Origin: Chitinophagales bacterium
GTDB taxonomy: Bacteria > Bacteroidota > Bacteroidia > Chitinophagales > JADIYW01
Length of the DNA stretch: 64,000 nucleotides
Direction: 5' to 3'
Assembly (NCBI GenBank): GCA_017984135.1
Contig: JAGNZZ010000006.1
Span: 18,436 to 82,435, forward strand
The stretch's first letter is position 1; every line of letters begins with the position of its first letter. Shown here piece by piece: positions 55,738 through 64,000 of the stretch. The translations under genes were made by a program, and so were the position numbers. The notes under the pieces are model-generated. The model was not told where the DNA came from, did no database searches, and saw only the letters and a program-made list of their open reading frames with translations.

Positions 55738-57420
55738 TTATGGAATAATAAAAGTTTGAGTAATGGTATTTATATTCCCCACTTTATCTGTAACAATAAG
55801 TTGCAATTTATGTTCACCATTATTTAGAGGCTTATCCAATTTATACTCGATGTTATTGTTTTTGGCATCGTGATAAAAGAAAACCCAAGCGTTATCTACA
55901 AATCCTTGATACGTTTTTATGCCCGATAAATTATCGGTAATAATTGCAGAAATTACAGTGGAAGTAATTTTAAGTTGGGTTATTTCAGGAATAATGGTAT
56001 CATATTTCAAATAGAAAGTGCCTAATTCTTTTGTTTCTGCATAAATATATTTTTCGTTGTATGTGGTAGGTAATGCTGTTTCAATTCCATTTTTTGATTG
56101 ACGAACTATTACTAATTTATTTCTGTTGATTTTTACGAATGATGTCCAGCGCAAAGTTGCACTTTTATGTAGCGGAATATATTGTGTTGGATGATGAATA
56201 ATGAAGGTATCCAGCGTTTTATTTTTTGATGGATGTATGGTGTATTTTAATTGAGTAGCATTATAAAAAGTGTTATTCGGAAATTCCATTTTTAAATTCT
56301 TCACAGTTAACGTATGTGGCTTTGATATGGACGCAATACTCAATAAATGCTGGGTTTTCGAGTTGGCTGTTATGGTTGATTTAATCTCTTTAGAAATAAA
56401 ATTTAAATGCAATATTGTTTTATTTTCATTGTCATCATAACAATAAACAATAAGCGTAATTGTGTCTTTATTTAGGGTGAAATAACCTTGATTGGAAGAT
56501 GAATATATAGGCAAAGTATTTCCTGTTAATTGATAACAATTATAAAAATAGCCCTGATTGTTTTTGAGTTCATCATAGTCAACAAATGCATTACACATAC
56601 GTGTTTTATCAAAATCAATTTCGGACAATCTATATTGGAAACACAAACTATCGCCTATATAAACTTTCATGGATTTTATTCCATTTTTATTGGCAGATGT
56701 ATCTTGTTTATCAAAAGCTAGCAAGGAGAACGTAAATGGCACATGTTTTTCTACTTCAATGGGTTCAATAGTAGTCCAAATAGCACCTTGCTGAATAAGT
56801 GCGTTATAACTTGCATTTTTGTTTTTGGAAGCACTCACTTTAACTTGTTGGATAATTGGTGGAATGGTATCCAGATACTTTTCGGTGGGATAAAAATCTA
56901 ATGGATTTAAAGCGTGTTCGGTTTGTGTATTTCTAATTTCAAAATGCAAATGTGGTGCGGTACTGCCGCCTGTATTCCCTGAAAAGGCAATTGTATCGCC
57001 TTGTTTTACTGGCAAGATAGATGCTTTTAACGGTAAATCTATTTCTGATTTTTGTATGGCATATAGTTGTTGATATACATATTTTTCGATGTGGTTATAA
57101 AATGCACTTACATGCCCATAAACGCTGGTTAATCCATTGTTGTGTGTGATGTAAATTGCTTTTCCGTATCCAAATGGTGATACACGAATTCTGGAAATAT
57201 AGCCATCGGCAATGGCAAATATAGGTTGACCTTCCAAGCCATTTGTTTTGATATCAATACCAGAATGAAAATGATTTTCACGTGGTTCTGCAAACGTACC
57301 AGCTAAGTGAAACGGCAGATCCATCGGCATTATCCATGCATCTTTTTTATTGCTTTGAGCATGAATCATCAAAGAAAAAAAAAGTAAACAAAAGAATAAA
57401 TTCAATTTTGACATAGACAT
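55738..57420 (-). CDS. Secreted M23-family metallopeptidase with a long beta-rich C-terminal region
   Basis: HFHSGIDIKT and APHLHFEI. The ATG at 57420 gives a signal peptide MSMSKLNLFFCLLFFSLMIHAQS. The track start at 57582 overlaps the upstream gene. Confidence 0.85.
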   Translation of the reverse strand: MSMSKLNLFFCLLFFSLMIHAQSNKKDAWIMPMDLPFHLAGTFAEPRENHFHSGIDIKTNGLEGQPIFAIADGYISRIRVSPFGYGKAIYITHNNGLTSVYGHVSAFYNHIEKYVYQQLYAIQKSEIDLPLKASILPVKQGDTIAFSGNTGGSTAPHLHFEIRNTQTEHALNPLDFYPTEKYLDTIPPIIQQVKVSASKNKNASYNALIQQGAIWTTIEPIEVEKHVPFTFSLLAFDKQDTSANKNGIKSMKVYIGDSLCFQYRLSEIDFDKTRMCNAFVDYDELKNNQGYFYNCYQLTGNTLPIYSSSNQGYFTLNKDTITLIVYCYDDNENKTILHLNFISKEIKSTITANSKTQHLLSIASISKPHTLTVKNLKMEFPNNTFYNATQLKYTIHPSKNKTLDTFIIHHPTQYIPLHKSATLRWTSFVKINRNKLVIVRQSKNGIETALPTTYNEKYIYAETKELGTFYLKYDTIIPEITQLKITSTVISAIITDNLSGIKTYQGFVDNAWVFFYHDAKNNNIEYKLDKPLNNGEHKLQLIVTDKVGNINTITQTFIIP

Positions 57421-57466
57421 CGTACCATCAAAGGTAAAAAAGAAATTTCTGTTTGCAGAAAAGAAA

Positions 57467-57488
57467 AAGCTCCGAAAAATCGGAGCTT
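57467..57488 (-). terminator. Rho-independent terminator after the 57536-58357 gene
   Basis: AAGCTCCGA-tttt-TCGGAGCTT, followed by a T run on the minus strand. Confidence 0.75.
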
Positions 57489-57535
57489 CAGGAACTAATT
57501 TTATGGAAAATTCGGGTAATTCATAGTTTAATGGT

Positions 57536-58357
57536 TTAATATTTAAAACGATAGAAGAGCGTATCGGTACTCCACCGCACATTACGTTTAGTAATCAACG
57601 ATTCGATATCGTGAGTGTATCCATAGTCGTACATTTCATAAATTTGTCCACTTGGAATTTGTATTTCAGTGCGTTTAATTAATTTATTTTTAGAATACAA
57701 ACCGGCATTTAATCCTAACTTACCCAATAAATCTAAACCACCTATATACAAGAATTTAATTTCTTTAGACAAGAATCGGCTATCAAATTCTGCGTGAACT
57801 AAATCATTGTTGTATTGTAAAATTGTTTTCATAAATATCGCACTATCATTCATTGATTCGTATTGCAGTAAATTATCATTTTCATCGTACAAGAAATTAA
57901 TATATTCACCCGTTCCAGGAATTACCTTAATATTTGATATTCTATCGTTAAAGTAGGAGATATGCAACCCGTTTGTACTTGAAAACTCAATAGAAGTGAC
58001 TTGCTTTTTATCGTTAAAATAAATTTTATAATTACTGATTCCAACTGTATCTAAGAATGTATTTACCACAACATGATCTTCCAAATAAGTCACTTCAATT
58101 TCTTTAAGTAAATCGGAAGTAACAGTTGTATCACTATAAATTGTTGCGCTGCTTAGTAATCCGTTTTCATTATAAAAGAAATTTGTCACTTCTTCTATAT
58201 TATCTGGTGGTGGCACACGTCCATTTACATTATCTTCTATTACTTTTATCGATTGCTGGATACTCTTCTTTGTAGAATTATTTTTTGTACAAGAAATTTG
58301 TATCCAAATCAATATTGATACAAAGGCAAGTATATGATATTTTTTAATTAGTATCAT
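57536..58357 (-). CDS. Hypothetical lipoprotein (273 aa)
   Basis: The ATG at 58357 gives MILIKKYHILAFVSILIWIQISC (lipobox). No family recognised. Confidence 0.55.
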   Translation of the reverse strand: MILIKKYHILAFVSILIWIQISCTKNNSTKKSIQQSIKVIEDNVNGRVPPPDNIEEVTNFFYNENGLLSSATIYSDTTVTSDLLKEIEVTYLEDHVVVNTFLDTVGISNYKIYFNDKKQVTSIEFSSTNGLHISYFNDRISNIKVIPGTGEYINFLYDENDNLLQYESMNDSAIFMKTILQYNNDLVHAEFDSRFLSKEIKFLYIGGLDLLGKLGLNAGLYSKNKLIKRTEIQIPSGQIYEMYDYGYTHDIESLITKRNVRWSTDTLFYRFKY

Positions 58358-58469
58358 TAATTCGATTGAAATTATGTTTCCACTCCAATATCCAACATTT
58401 TTAGTTAACTTTCCAGCATAAATTTTAGCCATTGTCATAATATTCAGGAAGCCTTCAAATTAACTATAT

Positions 58470-59876
58470 ATGCATAATACGAAGCTAATCAATTTAATAT
58501 CAACGTTTTCCATTGATGACAGAAGAAGTCTAAGAAAATGGGTTAAGACTGATTTTGTCAATAAAAACGACGACATAGTTAAGTTTTTTGAATTTATTGA
58601 TGGCAAAAAAACGCTTACCAGTAAGACGATGTTAAAAGAAAAGGCGTATGAATACATCTATCCGAATGAGCATTACAACGATTTAAGAATGCGTCATTTG
58701 ATTTGGATGACTACTGAAATTATAGATGAGTTTATTGTATTTATTAGCATACAAAAAAATAAAGGGTTAAAAGATCAACTTTTGGCGCAATATTATTCCA
58801 ATCATGAGTTGTATAAATTTGCCAACCAAACAATTGAAGAAAGCATCATAGAATTGGAGAAAGAAAAAATTAGGAATGCTGATTTTCACTTATATCAATT
58901 TAGAATGAATGCGCTTTACTTTCAAATAAATTCTAAAAACGACCGAAGTAAGGATTTTAAGTTTCAAGGAATTGTGGACCATACTACCATGTTTCTTTTA
59001 ATTGAATCGTTGAAATATGCTTGCATCACGCAATCTCTCTTAAAAATTGCCGAAATAAAAGTGGACAATCATTTATTGCCTGCGACTTTGCAGTTAATTG
59101 AAAATCCAAAGTTTTTGGAAGATACTGTTGTGCGTATTTACTATAATATTTATTTGGTAATCACCGAAGAGAACGAAGTGGCATTTTTTCAATTTATTAA
59201 AGATTTGCAACACAACAATCATTTATTTGCTCCACTCGACTTAAAGGATTTGTATCTATTAGCCATTAATTTTTGTGTAAAAAAATCGAACGAAAACAAA
59301 ATTAATTTTACAAAACAAGCATTTGAATTATATATCTATGCCATTGAAAATGCCTATTTATTGGAACGCAATGAAATCAGTCGATTTAGCTTTACCAATG
59401 TGGTTACTTTGGGTATTAAGTTGAAAGAATATTCTAAAACAGAAAAATTCATTCTTCAATTTTCAAAACTGATTGCTAAGGAATATCAAAAAAATACAGT
59501 TGAATTTAATTCAGCAAAATTATTTTATGCAAAAGGGCAAAATCAAAAAGCACTAAAATTGCTCATCACTCTCGAGTTAAAAGATATTTTATGGGATTTA
59601 AATGCCAAGTATTTATTTTTAAAAATTTTGTTTGAAAACAAAGAGATGAAAAGATTTTCTGTGTATTTAAAAGCCTTTATTGCATTTGTACAACGCAAGA
59701 AAAACATTGGTTATCATTTTACTTATTTTACCAATGTTGGCAAATCACTTTTGATATTAAAAGAAATTCATAAAAAACCGGACAACTATATGACCTTCCA
59801 ATTCGACAAAGAAACACCGGATTGGGAATGGTTTAATAAGGCATTAAAAAGCTTCTCTGAAGGAGATAAAAAATAA
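58470..59876 (+). CDS. Hypothetical all-helical (TPR-like) cytoplasmic protein (468 aa)
   Basis: ORF only; no signal peptide; no family recognised. Confidence 0.5.
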   Translation: MHNTKLINLISTFSIDDRRSLRKWVKTDFVNKNDDIVKFFEFIDGKKTLTSKTMLKEKAYEYIYPNEHYNDLRMRHLIWMTTEIIDEFIVFISIQKNKGLKDQLLAQYYSNHELYKFANQTIEESIIELEKEKIRNADFHLYQFRMNALYFQINSKNDRSKDFKFQGIVDHTTMFLLIESLKYACITQSLLKIAEIKVDNHLLPATLQLIENPKFLEDTVVRIYYNIYLVITEENEVAFFQFIKDLQHNNHLFAPLDLKDLYLLAINFCVKKSNENKINFTKQAFELYIYAIENAYLLERNEISRFSFTNVVTLGIKLKEYSKTEKFILQFSKLIAKEYQKNTVEFNSAKLFYAKGQNQKALKLLITLELKDILWDLNAKYLFLKILFENKEMKRFSVYLKAFIAFVQRKKNIGYHFTYFTNVGKSLLILKEIHKKPDNYMTFQFDKETPDWEWFNKALKSFSEGDKK

Positions 59877-59879
59877 AAT

Positions 59880-59908
59880 AAATTGGATAATTTTAAATCA
59901 TCCAATTT
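59880..59908. terminator. Hairpin between convergent genes
   Basis: AAATTGGAT-11 nt-ATCCAATTT, followed by T-rich sequence. Confidence 0.6.
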
Positions 59909-59928
59909 ATTTATTTTTAAAATTTGGA

Positions 59929-60642
59929 TTATGCAAAATTTGGTGCAAAATCGCGTTCTTCGTAAAAATGATTGATGTAATTTACGGCTTCTTCAACATC
60001 ATCCGTCAATAAAAATAAATCAAAATCATTCGGGTTGATATTGTGTTGGTTATTCAATACTTCTGCACGAATCCAATCCAACATACCTTGCCAGAACGAT
60101 TTGCCCATCAATACGATTGGAACTCTATCGATTTTTTTTGTTTGCACTAAAGTTAATACTTCAAATAATTCGTCAAACGTACCAAATCCACCTGGCAAAT
60201 ACACGAATCCTTGAGCATATTTTACAAACACTACTTTGCGTACAAAAAAGTAATGATGTGAAATTAATTTATCGACATCAATGTATGGGTTATGGCCTTG
60301 TTCAAATGGCAATTCAATATTTAAACCTACTGATTTTCCATCTTTATTTTGTGCTCCTAAATTGCCTGCTTCCATAATTCCTGGACCACCACCTGTGATT
60401 ACACCATAACCTTCTTCTACTAATCGTTCAGCTATCTCGGTTGCTAATTGATAATATGGATTATCTGGTTTAGTTCGTGCAGAACCAAAAATAGAGATAC
60501 ATGGGCCAATTCTGTCTAACTTATCATACGCATCTACAAACTCACTCATGATACGAAACATACTCCAGCTGTTGGATGCGTTTACTTGAGTCCAACTGCG
60601 TTGTTTAAATGGTTTTTTCTTTTTAAAATCATCTAATGACAT
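59929..60642 (-). CDS. LOG-family (TIGR00730) nucleotide 5'-monophosphate nucleosidase
   Basis: GGGPGIMEA and PGGFGTFDELFE motifs. Confidence 0.88.
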   Translation of the reverse strand: MSLDDFKKKKPFKQRSWTQVNASNSWSMFRIMSEFVDAYDKLDRIGPCISIFGSARTKPDNPYYQLATEIAERLVEEGYGVITGGGPGIMEAGNLGAQNKDGKSVGLNIELPFEQGHNPYIDVDKLISHHYFFVRKVVFVKYAQGFVYLPGGFGTFDELFEVLTLVQTKKIDRVPIVLMGKSFWQGMLDWIRAEVLNNQHNINPNDFDLFLLTDDVEEAVNYINHFYEERDFAPNFA

Positions 60643-60727
60643 ATTTTCAAATTTAAAAATTAAAAATCGGGTTATTGAACTTCGTACTGTCTATAAAAAG
60701 TACGACTTATAAAGATAGTATTTCTAA

Positions 60728-62200
60728 TTAATTATTTAAATTGGTTATAGTTGCAGGTGATTTACTGATCAACCATAAACCGATAAAGGTGATGAACCCA
60801 TTGATGATTAACAATTCTTGTCCAAATACGTAGCCATTTAACCAAACTAATTTATTTTTGGAAGCTATATATAATAATGTACATATTGTGACACTCACTA
60901 TACAAACTAATGGCACCAGTGCATCTATGGGTTTTTTAGTTGTAAAAATTCCAAACGCAAACAAGCCTAATAAAGGTCCATAGGTGATGGCAGCAATGCT
61001 CATCACTAAGAAAATCATCGATTCATCTTTAAATAATTTAAACGACAATACCGTAATAAATAGCAATATAGCAAACCCAACATGTATGAGCATTCGCAAG
61101 CGTGTATGCGCCTCTGAATTGTCTGTTTCTTTTCTTAGAAAATCTATATAGAAGGAAGTAGTTAAAGTGGTCAACACGGAATCGGCACTGTTAAAAGTGG
61201 CTGCGGTTAATCCAATTACAAATACTAATCCGGCGAAAGTACCCAAGTAGTTAAATGCTAAAAATGGGAATAATTCATCGGCTCTTTCAGGAATAGAAAT
61301 TTGTTTGGAATTGGCATATATATACAGCAATGCACCTAACCCTAAGAATAATAAATTTACCAATACTACAATTATACTAAATGCATTGATGTTTTTTTGA
61401 GCTTCTCCCAAGGTTTTGCAACTCAGGTTTTTTTGCATCATATTTTGGTCTAAACCAGTCATGCAAATAGCAATAAAAGCTCCACCCAAAAATTGTTTCC
61501 AAAAATAATTGCCAGCTTTCCAATCCCAATAAAATATTTGAGAATAGGCTGAATTTTTTATTGCCGGAACGATATCCCATATTGATAAATTTAATTCTGA
61601 ACAAATAAAGACAATAGAAAAAATAACGCCTAACAACAAGAATGAAGACTGCATCATATCTGTCCAAACTAAAGTTTTAATACCACCTTTATAAGTGTAC
61701 ACTAATATTAAAAAGATGATAATGGCAACTGTTAATGGAAATGGGATTCCAAACCCATCAAACACAAAACGTTGCAACACAATGGCTGCTAAAAATAAAC
61801 GTGCAGCAGCGCCAATAATTCTTGATAGTAAGAAGAAAAATGCGCCGGTTCGTTGTGTATGCACACCCATTCTATCGCGCAAATAAGTATAAATAGATGT
61901 CAATTGCAAGCGATAATACAGAGGCAATAAGATGTATGAAATAGCCCAATAGCCAATTACATATCCCAATACCATTTGAAAGTAATTAAATTGTGCGCCC
62001 TTAACGGAACCAGGAACAGAAATATAGGTAACACCTGAAAGTGAATCACCGATTAGTCCAAATGCGACAACAAACCACAGCGATTTTTTATTGCCTAAAA
62101 AATACGATTCACTGTTGGCATTTTTTCCTGTGAAATAGGCAATAGCAATTAAAAGCAAGAAATAAATAAGAATACAAAGAAGAATAATTTCTGATGACAT
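60728..62200 (-). CDS. Sodium:solute symporter (SSS) family transporter
   Basis: About 13 TM helices and an N-terminal region typical of SSS proteins. Confidence 0.75.
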   Translation of the reverse strand: MSSEIILLCILIYFLLLIAIAYFTGKNANSESYFLGNKKSLWFVVAFGLIGDSLSGVTYISVPGSVKGAQFNYFQMVLGYVIGYWAISYILLPLYYRLQLTSIYTYLRDRMGVHTQRTGAFFFLLSRIIGAAARLFLAAIVLQRFVFDGFGIPFPLTVAIIIFLILVYTYKGGIKTLVWTDMMQSSFLLLGVIFSIVFICSELNLSIWDIVPAIKNSAYSQIFYWDWKAGNYFWKQFLGGAFIAICMTGLDQNMMQKNLSCKTLGEAQKNINAFSIIVVLVNLLFLGLGALLYIYANSKQISIPERADELFPFLAFNYLGTFAGLVFVIGLTAATFNSADSVLTTLTTSFYIDFLRKETDNSEAHTRLRMLIHVGFAILLFITVLSFKLFKDESMIFLVMSIAAITYGPLLGLFAFGIFTTKKPIDALVPLVCIVSVTICTLLYIASKNKLVWLNGYVFGQELLIINGFITFIGLWLISKSPATITNLNN

Positions 62201-62266
62201 AGTGTTGTATTTGTTTGCGGTTTGAAGTTAATAAAAAACCTACACTTACTACTTACTAGTATTTAC

Positions 62267-62274
62267 TATATTTG
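62267..62274 (+). promoter_or_regulatory. -7 box TATATTTG, 4 nt upstream of the recR ATG
   Basis: Exact TAnnTTTG. Confidence 0.5.
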
Positions 62275-62278
62275 CACT

Positions 62279-62899
62279 ATGCAATTTCCATCTAAATTAA
62301 TAGAAGATGCAGTGAATGCATTTGCCACCTTGCCAGGCATTGGCAAAAAAACTGCTTTGCGTTTGGTGATGTACTTATTGCAGAAAGAAGCAGAAGATAC
62401 TCAATATATTTCAGCAGCCATTTTAAAGATGAGAAATGAAATTAAATTTTGTACTTCTTGTCATAATGTATCCGATGATGACCGATGTAGTATTTGCACT
62501 AATGCTTACCGAGACAAAACGGTGTTGTGTGTGGTTGAAAATTTCAGAGATATTATTGCCATTGAAAACACGAGGCATTACAATGGTTTATACCATGTAT
62601 TAGATGGTTTGATTTCACCCATGGATGGCATTGGTCCTGATGCTTTAAATATCCAAACATTAGAAAAAAGAATTCAAGAAAATGAGATTAAGGAAGTAAT
62701 CATGGCATTAAATCCAACCATTGATGGCGATACTACCATATTTTATTTATCAAAGATATTGGATAATTATGCTGTTAAAATTACATCGATTGCACGTGGT
62801 ATTGCCTTTGGTGGCGAACTGGAATATGTAGATGAGATTACGTTGGCACGTTCTATTCAATCACGTTTACCCTATGAAAATTATTTGGGAAAATTATAA
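62279..62899 (+). CDS. recR: Recombination protein RecR
   Basis: LPGIGKKTALRL HhH, C4 zinc finger CTSCHNVSDDDRCSIC and a Toprim domain. The track start at 62222 adds 19 codons. Confidence 0.93.
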   Translation: MQFPSKLIEDAVNAFATLPGIGKKTALRLVMYLLQKEAEDTQYISAAILKMRNEIKFCTSCHNVSDDDRCSICTNAYRDKTVLCVVENFRDIIAIENTRHYNGLYHVLDGLISPMDGIGPDALNIQTLEKRIQENEIKEVIMALNPTIDGDTTIFYLSKILDNYAVKITSIARGIAFGGELEYVDEITLARSIQSRLPYENYLGKL

Positions 62900-63034
62900 G
62901 AGACGGAATACTTATGCTCAGATTATCTATTGTAAACATTAGCATCCCTCTTCACGAATTAAAAAAATAATGGCCATTTGCTTTATTACAACACATTTTT
63001 TAAAACAAGAATATTAACAAATTAAATAAACAAA

Positions 63035-63307
63035 ATGAATAGAATACTAGTATTAATTACACTTTCAGATGATGGCATTAATATCATTAAATCCAACCCT
63101 GAATTACCTAAAAATGAAATGGAATATATTCGACTATGGAAAGAAGAAAATATTTTGGAAAGCTTTTTCATTGCCGTTACTAAAAAAGATGCTGTATTAA
63201 TTTTTCAAAATGTGGATGCCGTTCAAACAAAAGTGCATATAGAAAGTTTACCTTATTTTCCATACATGTCTAAAATTGAATATCACCTACTTGACAAACA
63301 GTTTTAA
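63035..63307 (+). CDS. Small hypothetical protein (90 aa), possibly muconolactone-isomerase-like fold
   Basis: ORF only; the family assignment is tentative. Confidence 0.4.
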   Translation: MNRILVLITLSDDGINIIKSNPELPKNEMEYIRLWKEENILESFFIAVTKKDAVLIFQNVDAVQTKVHIESLPYFPYMSKIEYHLLDKQF

Positions 63308-63315
63308 GTTACGCA

Positions 63316-64000
63316 TTGAAATTATCTATCGTCATCGTGAATTATAATGTGCGCTATTTTTTAGAGCAAACATTGGTATCTATTTATAAATCAACTGTTG
63401 ATTTTGCGTATGAAGTTTTTGTAGTGGATAATCAATCTACGGATGGCTCCGTGAAGCTATTGGAACAAAAGTTTACGGAAGTACATATTATTGCCAACTC
63501 AAAAAATGTTGGTTTTTCAAAGGCAAATAATCAGGCCATACGACAAGCGAAAGGAGAATATATTTTATTATTAAATCCAGATACAATTATTCAAGAAAAC
63601 ACGTTGCAATTATGTGTTGACAAATTGGATAGCGACACACAAATTGGTGGTTTAGGTGTAAAAATGGTGGATGGAAGCGGCCATTTTTTACCTGAAAGTA
63701 AACGAGGATTTCCAACTCCTTTTGCAGCATTTTCAAAGCTGAGTGGTTTGTCTAAGCTCTTTCCAAATTCAAGAGTTTTTGGGAAATATCATCTTGGGTA
63801 TTTAGACAAAGAACAAACGCACGAAGTAGATGTACTAAGTGGCGCTTGTATGTTTTTACGCAAAAGCGTATTGGATATAATTGGCTTACTCGATGAAGCT
63901 TTTTTTATGTATGGTGAAGATATCGATATATCATATCGCATTAACAATGCCGGCTTCAAGAATATTTATTTTGCAAACACTTCTATTATTCATTTTAAAG
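63316..64000 (+). CDS. Family 2 glycosyltransferase, N-terminal part (continues beyond the window)
   Basis: The TTG start gives (M)KLSIVIVNYN..VVDN.S.DGS..NPDT..GACMFLRK..DE.FFMYGEDIDISYR. Not in the track because there is no stop in the window. Confidence 0.85.
   Translation, partial: MKLSIVIVNYNVRYFLEQTLVSIYKSTVDFAYEVFVVDNQSTDGSVKLLEQKFTEVHIIANSKNVGFSKANNQAIRQAKGEYILLLNPDTIIQENTLQLCVDKLDSDTQIGGLGVKMVDGSGHFLPESKRGFPTPFAAFSKLSGLSKLFPNSRVFGKYHLGYLDKEQTHEVDVLSGACMFLRKSVLDIIGLLDEAFFMYGEDIDISYRINNAGFKNIYFANTSIIHFK

Noticed and set aside
62915-62971. 17-codon ORF MLRLSIVNISIPLHELKK whose start resembles the GT2 N-terminus (KLSIVIVNYN) at 63316
   Set aside because: The similarity is limited to about 12 of 14 nt in AT-rich sequence, which is compatible with chance.
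1-64000. Search by eye for CRISPR arrays, tRNA/rRNA genes, IS elements, integrases, reverse transcriptases or known multi-gene defence systems
   Set aside because: None were found. All large ORFs are accounted for by housekeeping or envelope functions, apart from the hypothetical proteins listed. Small structured RNAs could still have been missed without covariance-model scans.

Overview
AT-rich chromosomal segment from a Bacteroidota genome, probably Flavobacteriia-like. This is supported by the T9SS translocon gene sprA, a GldE-like gene, T9SS C-terminal sorting tails and exact TAnnTTTG -7 promoter boxes. The window is almost entirely housekeeping. It holds gldE'-ssb-mutY, HU-TPR-rng, the frr-pyrH-tsf-rpsB-rpsI-rplM translation block and gcvH-sprA-ruvA. 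It also holds an MltD-like transglycosylase, gatA, tatA, glyQS, an AmgK/MurU-like amino-sugar module, a small polysaccharide module (aminotransferase, flippase, Wzz-like, O-antigen-ligase-like), bcp, an M23 peptidase, a LOG-family protein, an SSS transporter, recR and a partial GT2 glycosyltransferase. I found no rRNA, tRNA, CRISPR array, transposase, integrase or recognisable multi-gene defence island. The most unusual locus is a stand-alone AAA+ ATPase with a PD-(D/E)xK-like C-terminus (AAA_14/DUF4143 type) between rng and frr. It is bracketed by diverged direct repeats of about 139 bp that preserve in-frame relics of a second ATPase gene tail and of the frr tail, and it is preceded by 32-bp tandem repeats. 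Other points worth a second look: (1) an AmgK-like kinase fused to a RapZ C-terminal-like domain next to a MurU-like gene; (2) an uncalled 29-codon highly basic ORF that may be a bS22/mS38-like ribosomal protein; (3) a RelE/ParE-type toxin broken by a frameshift in an A5 run; (4) a frameshifted T9SS-targeted S8 peptidase; (5) a 31-nt repeat bracketing gcvH; (6) several -7 boxes placed so close to start codons that the mRNAs would be leaderless. All product calls rest on my own recognition of motifs in the supplied translations. No searches were run, and identities and repeat counts were made by eye.
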